Positions 26,221 through 40,459 of a stretch of 64,000 nt of DNA are shown here, one piece after another. The DNA lies in the NCBI GenBank assembly GCA_024137785.1, contig JAHRHZ010000032.1, positions 5,379,993 to 5,443,992 of the forward strand. Reading direction: 5' to 3'. How positions within the stretch are numbered: position 1 is the first letter of the stretch; every line of letters begins with the position of its first letter. Position numbers and translations under genes: made by a program. The notes beneath the pieces were generated by a model. That model was not told the DNA's origin. It saw only the letters and a list, made by a program, of their open reading frames with translations, and ran no database searches. The DNA comes from Ginglymostoma cirratum. Taxonomy: Eukaryota.

Positions 26221-27201
26221 TTATATCTCCACATGACAGCCACAGCTATTGCTTACCAGATGTTAAAGCATACAGATCAAAATTATGCAAATTGAAATAT
26301 GTTCCTCCCTAAAGTATATACAGTGATATATAGACCAGGTTTACAAACTAAACATTAACAGTGTGGCTATCCATCATCAGCCGTTCTACATTAAGCACTG
26401 TACTAAAGTTAGCCTGCAGACAGGTATCATCAAAAAAAATGTGTACAATCCCCACCTTCCTCCTGTTGGTTTCAGGAACCTGAATTCCAGAGTCAAAAAA
26501 CTTGCAGAGCCCAAAGGGTGTAAATTATTTCAGACCACCAAAGGAACTAATTTATAAAAGCAAATTTCTCTAGATTGTTGAAGTTGTATTAGACTAGCCC
26601 TCAAGACACAAAGAGAAAGCTACCTGAAAAGAACGATAAGAAACACGCAAAAAAAAAAGGGAGCAAGCAGAAAAATTGGATTAAAAATCAAATTTAATTG
26701 GTCCTTTCCGGAGAAATGCAGTAAGATGAGTAGCTATTTCTGTGCAGTGAATTCAATAATTCTACAGCTCTGCACAAGACACAACTGGGAATGTACACAT
26801 TAATTTATTAATGTATCACAAGGTTGGATTTAAGTGAAGAAAGAAACACTTGACACAATTGACTGCATCATTCTAGATACCAATTCTTCTACCAAATACC
26901 CTGCCATACAATAACCTTAATGCAGATGGGAATGTACTGCTGTCTGTCTGAAATTAAATAGGTCAGTATTCTTTAGAAAGCACATGCTATTTTCTGAAGC
27001 TGGCAACCATGATGCTGCTATACCATCCAGTAATGGCCAAACCACTTTTCCAGAATTATTTATCCATATAAACTACATAGAAACCAGACTGCAAGATCTT
27101 ATTTCGAATAACAGAAGAAAAACAGAACCAATTCAGAGTTAAAGATACTGCTTTCTGAAAGCTACTACGGTTAGTGTTGGTAAATAACAGCTTATCTTAA
27201 T

Positions 27202-27432
27202 AAAAACCGAAAGAAAGGCGGATGCTGTAAATCAGGAACAAAAACAGAAGTTGCTGGAAAAGCTCAGCAAGTCCGGCAGCATCTAAGAAGGAAAAAAACA
27301 GAGTTGACGTTTCGGGTGTGGTGACCCTTCCTCAGAACCCAGACCCGAAACATTAACTCTGTTTTTTTTAACCCCTTCACAGATGCTGCCGGGCCTGCTG
27401 AGCTTTTTCAGCAACTCCGGTTTTTGTTCCTG
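27202..27432 (-). mobile_element. Palindromic Penelope-like pLTR remnant, second subfamily
   Basis: Perfect 16-bp TSD aacagcttatcttaat (27186-27201, 27433-27448); inverted arms of about 85 bp. Confidence 0.8.
27301..27340 (-). ncRNA. Minimal type I hammerhead ribozyme motif, sense to PTGFRN pre-mRNA
   Basis: ggguu CUGAGGA A GGGU-CACCAC-ACCC GAAACGUC aacuc: intact core with a 5-bp stem I. Confidence 0.72.
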
Positions 27433-27781
27433 AACAGCTTATCTTAATCCAGTTACACTACCTTAGCTTTCTCAGTGGCCAGGGGAGGTTTTCATAATAA
27501 AAGTCATATTTTCATTACAATCAAACATTCTGTGAAAAGGTAAATGTTAAGCAATTCCTTGTGAATTGGTCAAGCAAACAAAGAAAGCTAATAGCCCTTG
27601 CATCTTTTGCAAGCAAAGTAGCAACAGTACACAGGTATTGACTTTCTCAGTTAATTTTCCCTACTGGCCCTTACACTTAAAAACAAACAGCTAGAATGAA
27701 CATTATAGATAGATATCATTACAGCAGATAGTTCAGCCTACAAAAAATTAAGAGTGAATGACACCAACCCCAATGATGTCT

Positions 27782-28148
27782 TTTTTTCTTTATTCATTCA
27801 CGGAATGAGGGCGCCGCCAGCTAGGCAGCATCTATTGCCCATCCCTAATTGCCCAGACAGCAGTTAAGAGTCAACCACATTGCTGTGGATCTGGAGTCAC
27901 ATGTAGGCCAGACCACGTAAGGATGGCAGGTTCCTTCTTTAAGGGGGGAAAAACAATGAGTGAACCAGATGGGTTTTTCCGACAATCGACATGAGATTCA
28001 CGGTCATCATTAGATTGTTAATTCCGGACATTTATTGAATTCAAATTCCACCATCTGCCGTAGCGGGATTTGAACCCAGGCCCCCAGGACTTTATCTGGG
28101 TCTCTGGATTGACAGTCCAGTGATAATACCACTAGGCCATCAAGTCCC
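27782..28148 (-). mobile_element. Same SINE family, well preserved
   Basis: Reverse-complement match; CpGs retained; T-rich (poly-A) end at 27781-27790. Confidence 0.87.
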
Positions 28149-29929
28149 CTATGGGGACTAGGGATGCAAAAATAATTGATAATGTTAGCTGGAAAAAAAG
28201 AGAACAGGAACAGTGGCCTCATGTCCCATTGCTGATATCATCTAGTCCACCAGCTTTTGGTTTCATGGAAACAAAGCAGTCAGGTAGTGGCCTGACAAAA
28301 ATGCAATGATGTACACGAGTAACCTCTACAATTGTAATTTTTGGACTGAGCAAGCTGGAGCCTTGCACTCAGAGTCCAACACAAGGTGCTATTCTGCCTG
28401 AAGAGGATCCTGTTGTCCAGGTCCTTATATTAGACCCCAGGTGGAAAAGTGCTTTTCCTCACTTCAAAAATACCAGCCTGAACCATCTGGGCTGTGACAC
28501 ACTCTTGGTGACCCAAATGGAATCACAAATGACAGAAGAAGATGTGACCGAAATAAGGAATGCGTAAAAATGACAACGATAAATGTATTCTAAAAAGATG
28601 ACCGAGTTGGTGGTTTGCTATTACCGTGGCTGAGTCGATTGATAAAGATTCAGCCACACCATAAAAATGGAATTGGCAGCAATTTATTCAAATGCCATGC
28701 CAGACTCTGAGCCTGGCAACTGAGTCATTGAACCAAATATGCCACATGAATCAATTATTCCATTTTTCCATTCCCACCGCAGTGGGGATCATTGTAATTT
28801 GGAACAGGGAGTGGGAAACTACAAAAAGATTTCCAGTCATGACAATCCTGGCGCATTGGAGGAGTTCATCCGGGTCTTAAATGGAAAGCTTTGGGCCAAG
28901 ATAATGACTTTCTTCTGCCTTCACACCAACCACAGAATTGGTTCTGCTTATGACGAAAACCACAGCTGTTTTGCCTTCAAGCTTAAGTGACATAAGATAA
29001 TCAGAGTCCTATTAGGTTTTCTGTAGGCAGGTAGTTCACTTGCCTGCAAAATCCTACAGGTTAATATTGGATCAGAGTCAAAGCGTACTCTATCGATTGT
29101 AAAGCTATTCTGTTTAATATTCGGGGTCAAAATTCAACCCGTGGTCTTTTATCAAGAACAATTTTTTTTCCCATCACTTAAATGAAACATAATTCTACCA
29201 TTAGACCACAAAAACATCTGGTAGAAATATGGACTGGTAGAATACTTAAAACTAATTTAATATTACTATTAATATATTGATATTAATATGGAGTCACATT
29301 CTGAATACCATCACATACATAATTTCCCCACAATGCCCCATAACTCCCAAATATTCCAGTCGGAGTCCCATATTGAAAACAGTGGTTACCCAAAACTGGT
29401 GACTACAGCAAGAGAAAAAGAAAGATGGTGACATTAGATGAGAGGTCAACAACTAAAATAGAATGCTTGCATTACTCCTTCCGTGCTTTCAGTACTTCAG
29501 GTTTTTCTTTAAAAAAGTCTAGACCCCATAGGCAAAGAACAAATGCAAATTTAGAGCAATAAAATTTACAGAAACACTGCTGCCAGATCATATATTGTAC
29601 AATAATATGTGACTTAGTTAAAATGCCATTGTGACTCATTAATTATAAAAATTCATTGTTAGCAGGAAAAAAAACAGGCATATTTAGTCATTAAATGACA
29701 ACAAGACTAATTGTCTGAAAGTGAAAACATCCATAAAAGGCATTCCCTTTATTCAAGGGAAAGAGTCATACTTTTATCAAGTACCAATTTTGGCACATTA
29801 AAACGATGCATCAAAATTCAAAGAAACCAACACATACATCAACAGTACAGGACATTTAAAATATACCTCCAGCAACCGAAACATTAATTCTCTCCATAAT
29901 GAACCCAGTGACGTCACAAACTGAAATGG

Positions 29930-32480
29930 TGTTGCGGTATCCATTTATTGCATAGACCAGGCTACATCTCACCACAAAAACAGAAAACTTCAAACATCTG
30001 CTATAATAGGCAAAAGCTATTAATCATATCTTCATTTAAATTTCCTGAAGTAGTGTAATTTTGTACAAGACAGCAGCTGGAATAGAAGATTCGTGAACAA
30101 TTGATGCACTGAATCATCCAGATAGAGGATACGATCACATCCTTCTTTCTAAAATGATGATAGATGTCAAGCTGCATTTATGTACAGGAGCTCTTATTAA
30201 TCTAAGAACTTTACAGCTCCTAAACACTTCCACAACTATACTTAGCGTAGTCATGAGAATCTTTTCTTGTCCGTTGAAGTGGTTTTCTTTGACATATCTA
30301 GATGTTAAAGTGACTCTGGCCCTCCTTCTGTGAAATTCCTGACTGCTGAGTCCACAACACAGAAGTGTGTTCAACATTAGGATTTTACCTGAGGTAAAGT
30401 TTGAGACGACTGCCTTCGTGGTATGCACCTACATGTAGGATGCACATGACTATGGCAGACTAGGACCAACGTTTGTAATGTTTGTACTTCAATCCAAACA
30501 TGGTCCTCTTGATACAAGAACAATTGCAATGCATCGTGTACATTTTTAGTAACCCAACAGATACGCTGTTCTTAGGCCTTAGCAGATCATTACATTGTGT
30601 CTGTGCATGCACTGCACAGCACAGGGTTTTTAAAATTGTATTAGTCCTTGTTTGCATGTTCTTGTTGGCTGTTCATCTGGATGATGTTATTTTGCCAGAT
30701 TGTAACATTCCTATCATTTGCTAGTCTTGTGGTATCCATTGTCGCTCTGTTTGTTGTTTCCCCATGAGACTCTGGGTCCAATCGTCAATGAGTGGTGTTC
30801 AGTGTCAGTGGTGCGTTAACCTCTTCCTGATCTGCCCCCTGCAGTTGGGCGGATGTACTTGTAGTCACAATGGCACAGCTGGTCATTCACATCTACCTTG
30901 TATGATCGGGGTGACAACAGCTCCATGCAGATCCCAAGTTGGGCTGGCTTTTGCTGACAGCATTGAATATTCACATACTGACTGGCTCTCCAATACTCAG
31001 TTCAAACAATTATTTAAACAGTCTTGGCAAAATTAAATTTTGCTATCTCAACTTATTTTCTCACAATCACCTATTACTATTTCTGGTTTCATTAGCTTTT
31101 TTGCTATGGAAAAGATAGAGTAGAGTATTGCGTGTGCAGTGACTCAGTTTTTGTCCTGTTCTACTTTCCATGCCTTCAGGTGCTGCATTTCTCCAGCTGG
31201 GTACTGCCTTATGTCCTTGTGGGATTCATTCACCCTCCTCAACTTTTCCATTTGACAGGGGACAGTGTGGAAGTGATGTACACAGTTGAATTTCCCACTC
31301 ATGAATACAGGGCCTTTGTTACTCATAACAATGTCAGGAATGCCATAATGACTGGAGTGCACTTGGAGGCATCTCTCCTTTCAGTTCCTTCAGGATAAAT
31401 GGCTATTTTCTTTGTACAATATGCCATCTTGAGCTGTCAATTCATCTCAAATGTACCTGATGTAGCAACGGGTACATGCTTAATGCTCCCCGGCCATCCC
31501 TTTATCACAACTCCGAGCCACAGTTAGGGTAAGAGATTTGCACCTTGTTGGATAGCTTGTTTGATTGGACAAAGGCTCCCACACTTCTTATATTCAGAGT
31601 CTCGGTAGGTCGACAACTGCTGATGTGTGTGTCGAATCTGGAAGATTTCATCTGTTGTAGCACCCTGCACTGTCTTAACCGAGCGTACTCTCAACAACAT
31701 GTCGACAATATACAGTTTTCCTCACTTGTGTGCAACATTCAGATGGTAGCTCTGACGTTCTCTGCAGGTGGCTTGGAGCCGACAGCAGCGGCTGAGGAAA
31801 ATGCTCTGAAGGGGCTCGTGGTCAGACTCAAATGTCACATTGTCTCTTCCAAATGTGAATTGATGGAAATATTCAGAAGCAAAAGACAATGACTGGGCAC
31901 ATCATCATTTGTTTATGGATGCAATTGCACCTAGTTGACCTTGCCGCATTAGGGTTGTTCCATGACCTGTCTCCATGATAGTTCAGCACTGATATTGTCA
32001 TCACTGGGTTGCTTGATTTTAGTGAATGCTAATTCTTGTTCTGAGCCCCAATACCACTGCACGGCCTTGGATGAGTTAGCATTATTTATCATAAAGGTGA
32101 ACCATAAAGAAAATCAAACAAATAATTTGCCAAACAGTTGACAAATCCAAATCATTAGCATGCTTTTACATCTATTGGCTGCTGTATAATTTCTACAGCT
32201 CTCACATTAAGACTTTGGCGAAGGCAATGTGTGCACACGGAAAGGTCTACGTAGTTGACTTCCAGCATCAATTGTATCTTCCCTTCAACTTTCATGTTCA
32301 CTTGGTGAGCTATCAAACAGTCACAATAGGTTTTGATAGAGACCAATGATGGCTTCTTCCATTGTATTGCCACATCCACAAACTAGCAGATCAGCAACTC
32401 CAGGTGGATCACTAACTCGCTCTCATGTTGTCTGTGTTTATATTTTTCGAGCACTGGAAATTCCTAACATGCTCAACCAC
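29930..32480 (-). mobile_element. Highly decayed Gypsy/Ty3 LTR retrotransposon remnant
   Basis: Integrase-like HYGIPDIVMSNKGPVF (about 31300-31350), VIKGWP (about 31500) and SPRSYKVD (about 30900). Polypurine tract AGAAAGAAGGA is followed by TG at 30139, with AATAAA at about 29945. 5' LTR not recognised. Confidence 0.55.
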
Positions 32481-33058
32481 CTATAATCGCCTGAAGAGCA
32501 TCAGAACTTAGTTTTAAAAAAACCCACTATCATCTAACTTCACTTGCCAGCAACCATCCTTGGCATGGCAAATCTAAAACCAGAATTAGGAGAAGTAAGG
32601 GATTGAAGTAGCTGTAAAAATGAAACTAGATGTATTTACGTCTCAAAAGAATACTGGAGAGAGATGCTGTCAGTATCATGCAGAATATTTACTCAAAAGA
32701 GGAAATGTTCTACAGAGTAAAAATTCCAGCCATAGCCCAAAGTTCAGGCTTGACATTCGATGATTTTGCTTTCTCAAAGTCAAGCTCATGAAAGAAAGGA
32801 GGAAACACCCATCAGCAAGAGAATGATCAGAAAAGTTAATTGAAAGCATGTAAGAAGGAAAAAAGTTGTCCTTTTCAATACTTATTTATTTTAACAAAAC
32901 ATCCTAATTTGAAATGCAATGTTGTTAACAAGAAATGTGTTTTAAAAACCATAGAGATTCCTCTGGCAGTAACAGTCATGGGTGTTTGAGTTATCATTAC
33001 ATTAAAAATAAGTGTGCAACCTGATCTGTTACATTTCAGGTGTCGATTTTGCTTCAGT

Positions 33059-33210
33059 TAGCAAGGTGTAGAGCTGGATGAATGCAGCAGAAGGGTCCAG
33101 ATCCGAAACACCAGCTTTCCTCCTCCTCTGATGCTGCGTGGCCTGCTGCGCTCATCCAGCTCTACACCTTGTTATCTCAGACTCCAGCATCGGCAGTTCC
33201 TACTATCTCT
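33059..33210 (+). mobile_element. Penelope-like pLTR fragment with short inverted 5' end
   Basis: TSD gat(t/a)ttgcttcagt (33045-33058, 33211-33224); the first 28 nt or so are an inverted copy of 33143-33174. Confidence 0.75.
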
Positions 33211-33799
33211 GATATTGCTTCAGTCATGTGTTCTGCAAATTATGTATTAAAATATAAAATGTTACATGTTGTTGTGAAGGCTGTCTTTTAATTTTTGTTT
33301 TTAAGAAAGTAGAATGAAATGAAAACTGTTTTCAAAAGGAGGGTTGGAAAAGTTGGATGCAGTTTTGATAGTAAAGTAATCTAACACCCATGGCAGGTAA
33401 TTTTAACAACTGCTTGAACCAATAGTAATTGAAGTTCAGATTCCTAAATATTTGGAGGTGAGGGTGCCTACTGATTCAGTTGTTGGCTGCAGTTGTCAAT
33501 GATCGATCTCTTGCTTGCCAGCAACCGAGACTGGATCGAGGGTGGCTGAGCAGCTTGGAGCTGGAAACAAGTTACAAAGAGCTACCATTCAGAAGTATAA
33601 CTGACCAGTGAAAGAGACCAAACTGAGAGTGTCTCCTCCCAGTCCAGAAGCTACCTGCTCTCTGCAGTCAAAAAAATTCATTTTAAATGCTGAAAAACAC
33701 TTACTTTTCCTACAGCAGTTGCTGTGACTTTAAATTGATAAAATCAAGAGACATTTTCAAAATAATTTTTATTTTAAAAGAAGTCTTGACAGATGTGGG

Positions 33800-34145
33800 A
33801 TTGCTGGCTGGCCAGCATTTATTGTTTATCCCTTGTTGCCCTTGAGAAGGTTGATCCAAAATGCCCACAGGGAAGAAATTCCAAGATTTGACCCAGCAAC
33901 ATTGAAGGAAGGGTGATACATTTCCAAGTCAGGATAGTGAGTACTTGGAGGAAAACTTGCAGGTGGTGATGCTCCCATGTATCTGCTTCCCTGTCCTTCT
34001 CGATTACAGCAGTCATACGTTTGGAAGCTGCCTGCTAAATGATCTTTGAATTCCTGCAGTGTATCTTGTCGAAGATGCACACTGATACGACTAAGTGTTG
34101 GTGGTGGAGGGAGTGGATGCTTGTGGGTGTGGCAGCTATTAAGTG
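33800..34145 (-). mobile_element. 3' fragment of the tRNA-headed LINE family
   Basis: Reverse complement of the 3' UTR and tail (cagcatttattg...). Confidence 0.7.
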
Positions 34146-37100
34146 AACTGAATTAATTACTCTATTTCTTACAAACTAGTAGATGCACCCAGAGAAAAAG
34201 ACAAAGGTAACAGAACTAAAACAAAAAAGGGGCCTGGACAACTGAAGAATCATTCAACACTGGAACAGAGAAGCAACAACCACAGCACTGACTTTCAAGT
34301 TTTTCTACCTTTGCCAATAATCTATCTTTCCTATTTGTTGCTTGTTTATGAAAAAATGGAGAATTTGAAGTGAAATTAGAGTTTTACTTAGTGATATCTG
34401 CATGTCTGTAGCTGTAGGTTAATTATTATTTGTAATAATTAGTGTTTAGTCTAGAAACCTGATCTGCGCTTCCTATCAATCTGGATCCTATTGTCACGTA
34501 AATTGGGATAGTATTCACACTTTTAAAAAAAACTTTAAATATTTAGTACAACTCCAGGAACAACAGGGCTTGATTTACAGTACGATACCCCCATTGTTTA
34601 AAACGGACAGTGGCATGTTGCAAGATCGGAACATTGTTACATTTCTGTCCCTGCTGCCAAGGTGTAATTGAAGTTAGTTTTATGGTTAGAGCTGAGCATA
34701 TGTTAGTCTTATTTGGTGAAACAACAATAAATCACTCAGATTTCCCCAACAATGATCCCGTCACATTCTGACACACAACTCTCATAAGCAGTTATTTACT
34801 ATAACTGAATAAGCATTTGGTTGAAGCCATTCCCAGATTTATTCCTAAATTCTTCGGCTTTAAACGTAAAACGTGAATCTTTGCAGATAAATTTACTAAA
34901 ATTTATAGAAGTTGAGGTATGTCATATTAGGAGACTTGTCAATATACTTGGATCGGCAGCTACACAAATAGCTCAGGTAGAAATATGCCCTACTGCATCA
35001 ATGTTAACTGTTTACTAGCTTGCTGCTGTAAAGATAGTGCCCACGTTTACGCCCAAGAATTCTATTATGTTGAATTAATCCTTACTTTCAAGTCGCAGTT
35101 GCCTATTGCCACCCTTTCCGAATATCAGTACCACTACTTCCCTCTTCAATGTTCAATGGCTTCCTTGTAGCCACAAGTGAACTGCAGAGGTGTTCATTAA
35201 AAACTGTCCAAATACTCTGGAATATACATCACCTATTGTCGGAGTTATTTGTTTATGAGGCTGAATTACCTTCTGTAGAATTTTTAAAATTTAGTACACT
35301 TTGGTTATTTTTTTTGTTATTAGGGTTTGAAAAAGCTTGCTGTTCTCATCTTCCCTTGTAAATGGGAGAAAGAAAGACATCCGAGAAAACCATTAAGGCA
35401 ATGCACAAGGGAGGGCAACAACACCAGCACACTGAAGGAAAACATAATCTTCAACACCAAGGGGAAAGGAGCACGATTAGCAGTAATACACAAGATAGAA
35501 GCACCACATACCGCATATAATTGGTGGGTTCACATTTACTGAGTTCAGGGATGTATAGCTGTCAACCACTTCCAAATCATCAGGCACAGAAAATTTATAA
35601 CTCCTGATTTTAATGGCAGGCTCTGTATTATTAAGAATTTAACTACACAATGTTACGAGAGAGAACCACACTCTCCTATTCATTAAGGAGCAAGTGTCAA
35701 AAGGAGCTTTAATGATGATAATAACAATAATAGTAATAAATAATTTACATAAACAGTGCTCTACCTCGAGCATTGCAGGAGGTGGCTACATTAATAAAAT
35801 AGTCTGAAGCTTTCTACAATCCTGGCTTTGCTACCCCAGACAAGAACTGAAATAGTTGATCCAGAGGGGAGGAAAAAAAACCAAACCTGACTCTTTAAAA
35901 GCAATGTTTATATCAATATTGAAATTGCAAGTGGTAAGGAAAGTAACAAAACACAGGCCAAATAATTGACAGATTCAGGAGCTGAGTCTATTATTAAAAG
36001 AACAAAAGATCCCAAGGTTTATAAACTAACTAGATAGGTTTAAAATGTTGCAGTTCATATTTTCCAATTGGACATCAAATCTCTGCCTGAATAAAATGTC
36101 GGATCCTGAAAGCTTAAAATTCTAAAATGATGGACGGTCTGGAGCAAAGCACACTTCAAATCATTTGAGAGCATCGTTCTAGAGTATGAAGACTCCCTTG
36201 TTCCTATTATAATGCTAGTAGTTTATAGTTATTCTACAGCCAAACTCATGAGCAACCCCACTGTAGCACTTCTCATACAATGTGTCAAAATGTTAAAACA
36301 TTACGTATAAGATGAAAAGTCCCTAGAATCTGAATGATTTCAGAATTCCCCAGTGAACACTGCTTCATATGGGAGATGAGTAATCAACTTTATATTCCTA
36401 TAAAGCAAAAAAATCTCAACCAAAACAAAATACTCTCGAATACATAACAATCCGATCAAAATCGACAGAAAGAACATGATAAAACTAGTACCTCAGACTT
36501 AAGACGAAGTGTTACTTGGAAAATTACCAAGTGTAATTCTCTAACCAACCGGAAATGCAGTGAGGATTGACCAACATATTTCATTTCAATCTCTACCACC
36601 GCAGATTTGAAGATTTTTTTTTAAAATTACCCACACTCGATCACACGCCAGTACAACAATAATAAAAGTCACTGGAAATGGAAATAAGCTCAATGGAGGG
36701 CATTCAGTTTTGTACCCACTCCTTTCAATATTATCACTTGGTGCTCTCAACCGTGGTCACATCCATAATCTTAGGGCCGAAACTGGAGGCAGATTTGATG
36801 AAGATCTTAATGTGGACTGCAATTAAATTCTGGCATCAGAGCAGAGTCTTGAAAAGCCTGATTGCATGACTATATTGGGATTGTACTGAGTAATTCCTTA
36901 AGAACATTCAGGGCAAAACAAAATTAAAAATAACAGGAAAAGTAAATAAGTTTGAAAATCTATAAGTATCAAATACAGCAAAATCCCACAAACTGCAATA
37001 ACAACGACCAGACCAAGTGTTTGTCAAGGTTAGTAAAGAGTAACTATTAGCTATGACACCGTAAGAACTCCCATGCTTCAAAATAAAGTCATTCACGGGA

Positions 37101-38604
37101 TGTGCACATAGCTGGCAAGGTCAGCAGTTACTGCCCATCATTCTTTCACAATGCCAGGGGATCTTTAATGCCCACTTGCAGGGGCATTTGGGACCCCAGT
37201 TTACTATCTCAACTGAAAGACCAATGCCTCCTTTAGTACATGTATTCAGGATTCGGTTCATTAAGGTCACTGGTTCTGATGGAATTGTGCACAAAGGAAG
37301 TGGCTACTTTTTCATTAAATCCACAAAGTACCATCATCTTATTGAACCAGAACCTTTTCACTTCCTCACAAACAAATCAACCCCACACACATTCAGTGCT
37401 AACTGAAAAACCCATGTTCAGGTCAAAATCATTTATGATGCACCTCACTTCCCACACCATAATGAAACGTTCAACCCAACTACCACCCATCTTCCATCTT
37501 GATGCACTAAATGGTCGAGTCTTCCAGAGATGAGCTACCGGTAGACATCCTCTGGATCATATAATAGGAAAGATGGGGAGTCACTACCAAGTTCCCATCT
37601 GCTGAATGACAGGCTTTCAATTATCATGTCGAGAGGTCCCTGCTAAACAGGTTAAGGATTGCCAGGCCATTGCACAGACAATCTCCACCATTAGAGCCCC
37701 AGTACAAACTTGAGCTTGTGGAGACACATAAGCAACACTACACATTACAGGCAATGTCCCCTCAATAGACTAAATCCACACCCTTACGGCACATTGTATA
37801 ATAAATTGTCCTCTGTTCCGATAAGGGATTTCTAAATGTAAATCAAACAACCACGTGATGCTTGTGACAGTAGTCAGAGAAGTAGATCTCCAGACCTTTG
37901 TGCTTGTTAGCTCAATTCTGGCTTCAGTCCACTAGCCAACATGGGCTCACGTTACTGTGTAGAAAGAACTTGCTGTCATTTAGATTTTACTGTAGCTCAT
38001 TTCACCAGCACTTGCAATTGAGTCAAATAATGAGCAAGGGTGGCCAAACAGTTACTGGGATTCAGTATTTCCAATTAACTACACAATTAAGCACTTACAT
38101 ACGAATGTGGTTCCCATTTCAAATAAGGGTATGTAGACACTACATCCATTTCAAACAAGTTGAGCATAATTAAAGTTGTATTCTTGGTCAAAATGTTATC
38201 TGACTAACAAGAAATAGACAAGAAAAACAAACCCAATATATTCACAATGACACTGTTTCCAGCGAGTTTAGACCGTTTCATTTCATAAGTAAAAAAATTT
38301 AAACTGAATTACGGATGGGTATAAATAGAATTCATTTCAATCTTGGGAAGAGGCCAACTGGCCAGGTCTTCATTCCAGTTCCATTTCCCTGTCCTTTGTC
38401 TGTGAATTACTACATTCAGCCTTTTCAAATACCTTTCCAATTCCACTTTAAAGTGTCACTGAGGCAGAGATCATAATGTCAACTTCTGGTAGAGCATTCC
38501 AGTTTTGAATAACCTACTTCCCCCAACTTTCCTCGTCTACCCTCTGGTCAGAACCTTAAGCATATGCTTCTTGTCAGCAGTCAATCCACTGGAAGAAGTT
38601 TTTT

Positions 38605-39450
38605 CAGAGTCATAGATTCATACAGCATGGATGCAGATCTTTCGGTCCAACCACTCCACACTGACCACGTTCCCAAACTAACCCAGTCCCACTCGCCTGT
38701 GTTTGGCCCATATCCCTCCAAATCTTTCCCATTCATGTAATTATCAGAATTTGTTTTAAACACTAACTGTAAATCCATACACCACTTCCTCTGGCAGATC
38801 ATTCCACACAAACCGCTCTGAAAAAGATCCCTCGTGTCCTTTTTTAAAGTTTTTCTCCTCTCACCTCAAAAATATGTCCCCCCCGCCCCAGTTTTGAACT
38901 CCCCACTCTAGGGAAAAGACACTGACCTTATCTATGCCCCTCATGTTTTTATAAACCTTAATAAGGTCGATCTTCAGCCTCCTACACTGCAGTGAAAAAG
39001 TACCAGTCTAATTTTAGATCTCAAACCGTCCATTCCTGGCAACATCCTGGTAAATATTTTCCAAACCCTCTGCAGTTTAATAGTAACCTTCCCATAACTA
39101 GGCGACCAGAACTAAACATGGTATTCCAGAAGAGGCCTCACCAATGTCCTGTACAACGTCAACATAACATTCCAACTCCTATACTCAATGATCTGAGCAA
39201 TAAAGGCAAGCGTGCTAAATGCCTTAACCACCCTGTCTAGCAATGACTCAAATTTCCAAAAAAAGAGTTATGTATCCGATCCTTAAGTCTTATTATTCTG
39301 CAACACTATCCAGAGCCCTACCATTAATCGTATAAGTCCTGTCCTTGTTTGTAGCACCAAAATGCAATACCGCACATTTATCAAAATTAAACTCCAGTTA
39401 CCACTCCTCAGCCCATTAGTCCAATTGATCAATATCTCTTTGTAATCTTT
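38605..39450 (-). mobile_element. CR1/HER1-like LINE 3' portion
   Basis: RT C-terminal remnants (LEYHVQFW-like, LHFG) and tail ...ctgtatgaatctatgactct. Confidence 0.8.
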
Positions 39451-40459
39451 TTTCATATTTACGTCCCCAAAATCTTTCATAATTCAAAAACAAAAGCAGT
39501 GCTACTGAATCCACTCAAAATCCTTTGTTCCTGTAGGAAAAAAAGGTCATTATTCAAGCCTCAACAAATAACCTCCTATTCCAAGTATAATTTCAATGGA
39601 ATCTGAATGACTTTGTACTTCAAATCATTCCAAAATCCTCCTGATAATAGGGGTGTCCAGAACTGTGCAAAATACTGCATATTTTCTAACCGTTGTTGCA
39701 TACAAATACAAAACAAGTGTGCTTTACACATTTAATGTTTCCATGGATGAAACAAAATACCCCTGGCTTTTCATGGCCTATTCTTTAAGTAAAAATTCAA
39801 AGGTCTATATATTTAGCCATGTTGATGCATCAGATCTGACCATTTTAGATACAAATCTTTTAATGGGTCTTACTCTCAATATGCCACTCATATTCCACAA
39901 AAAAATTGCATTTTCTAACCATGTCATAGCAATCAGGCTTTACATATAATGTAATCTGATCATGTATCTTGAGAAACCTGTACAAGAACATAAATAGGTA
40001 TGGCATAATCAGTCGATGAAAGTGTGCCAACACATACTAAACTGGGCGTAAACACTTGTTAATGGTAGAGAAACTGCACTCTCAAGTGGAAGGTTGCACC
40101 ACACTAAAGTCAACCAAATACTTCACATTTCAGATGGGGATGGGGATGATGATCCTAGATCATAGATTGTGGTCTACCACCCACATCCTTCCTCTGCCCA
40201 GGGCATTAGGACCAAACTAGCATGGGGAGAATGGGTGGGGGTGGGCAGAAAAGGGAATCAATTTTAGCAATGACATGTTAGCGATAATGTTAATGATCAA
40301 ATTATCAATTTCTGAGGAGCTACTGATCAAGTCTATTTTAGTGACTTAGAAACAGGACAACAAATAAAGTTAAGCAGACATTGCAGCAAGCCAACTGATC
40401 GCGTCCAACAGGACAAAGCCAAACAACTGTCGGGTGGAGTCGCAATGTGGTCTTTGTTT

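Noticed and set aside
36420-36620. Possible very old Penelope-like remnant
   Set aside because: Only vague resemblance; no TSD or core motif.
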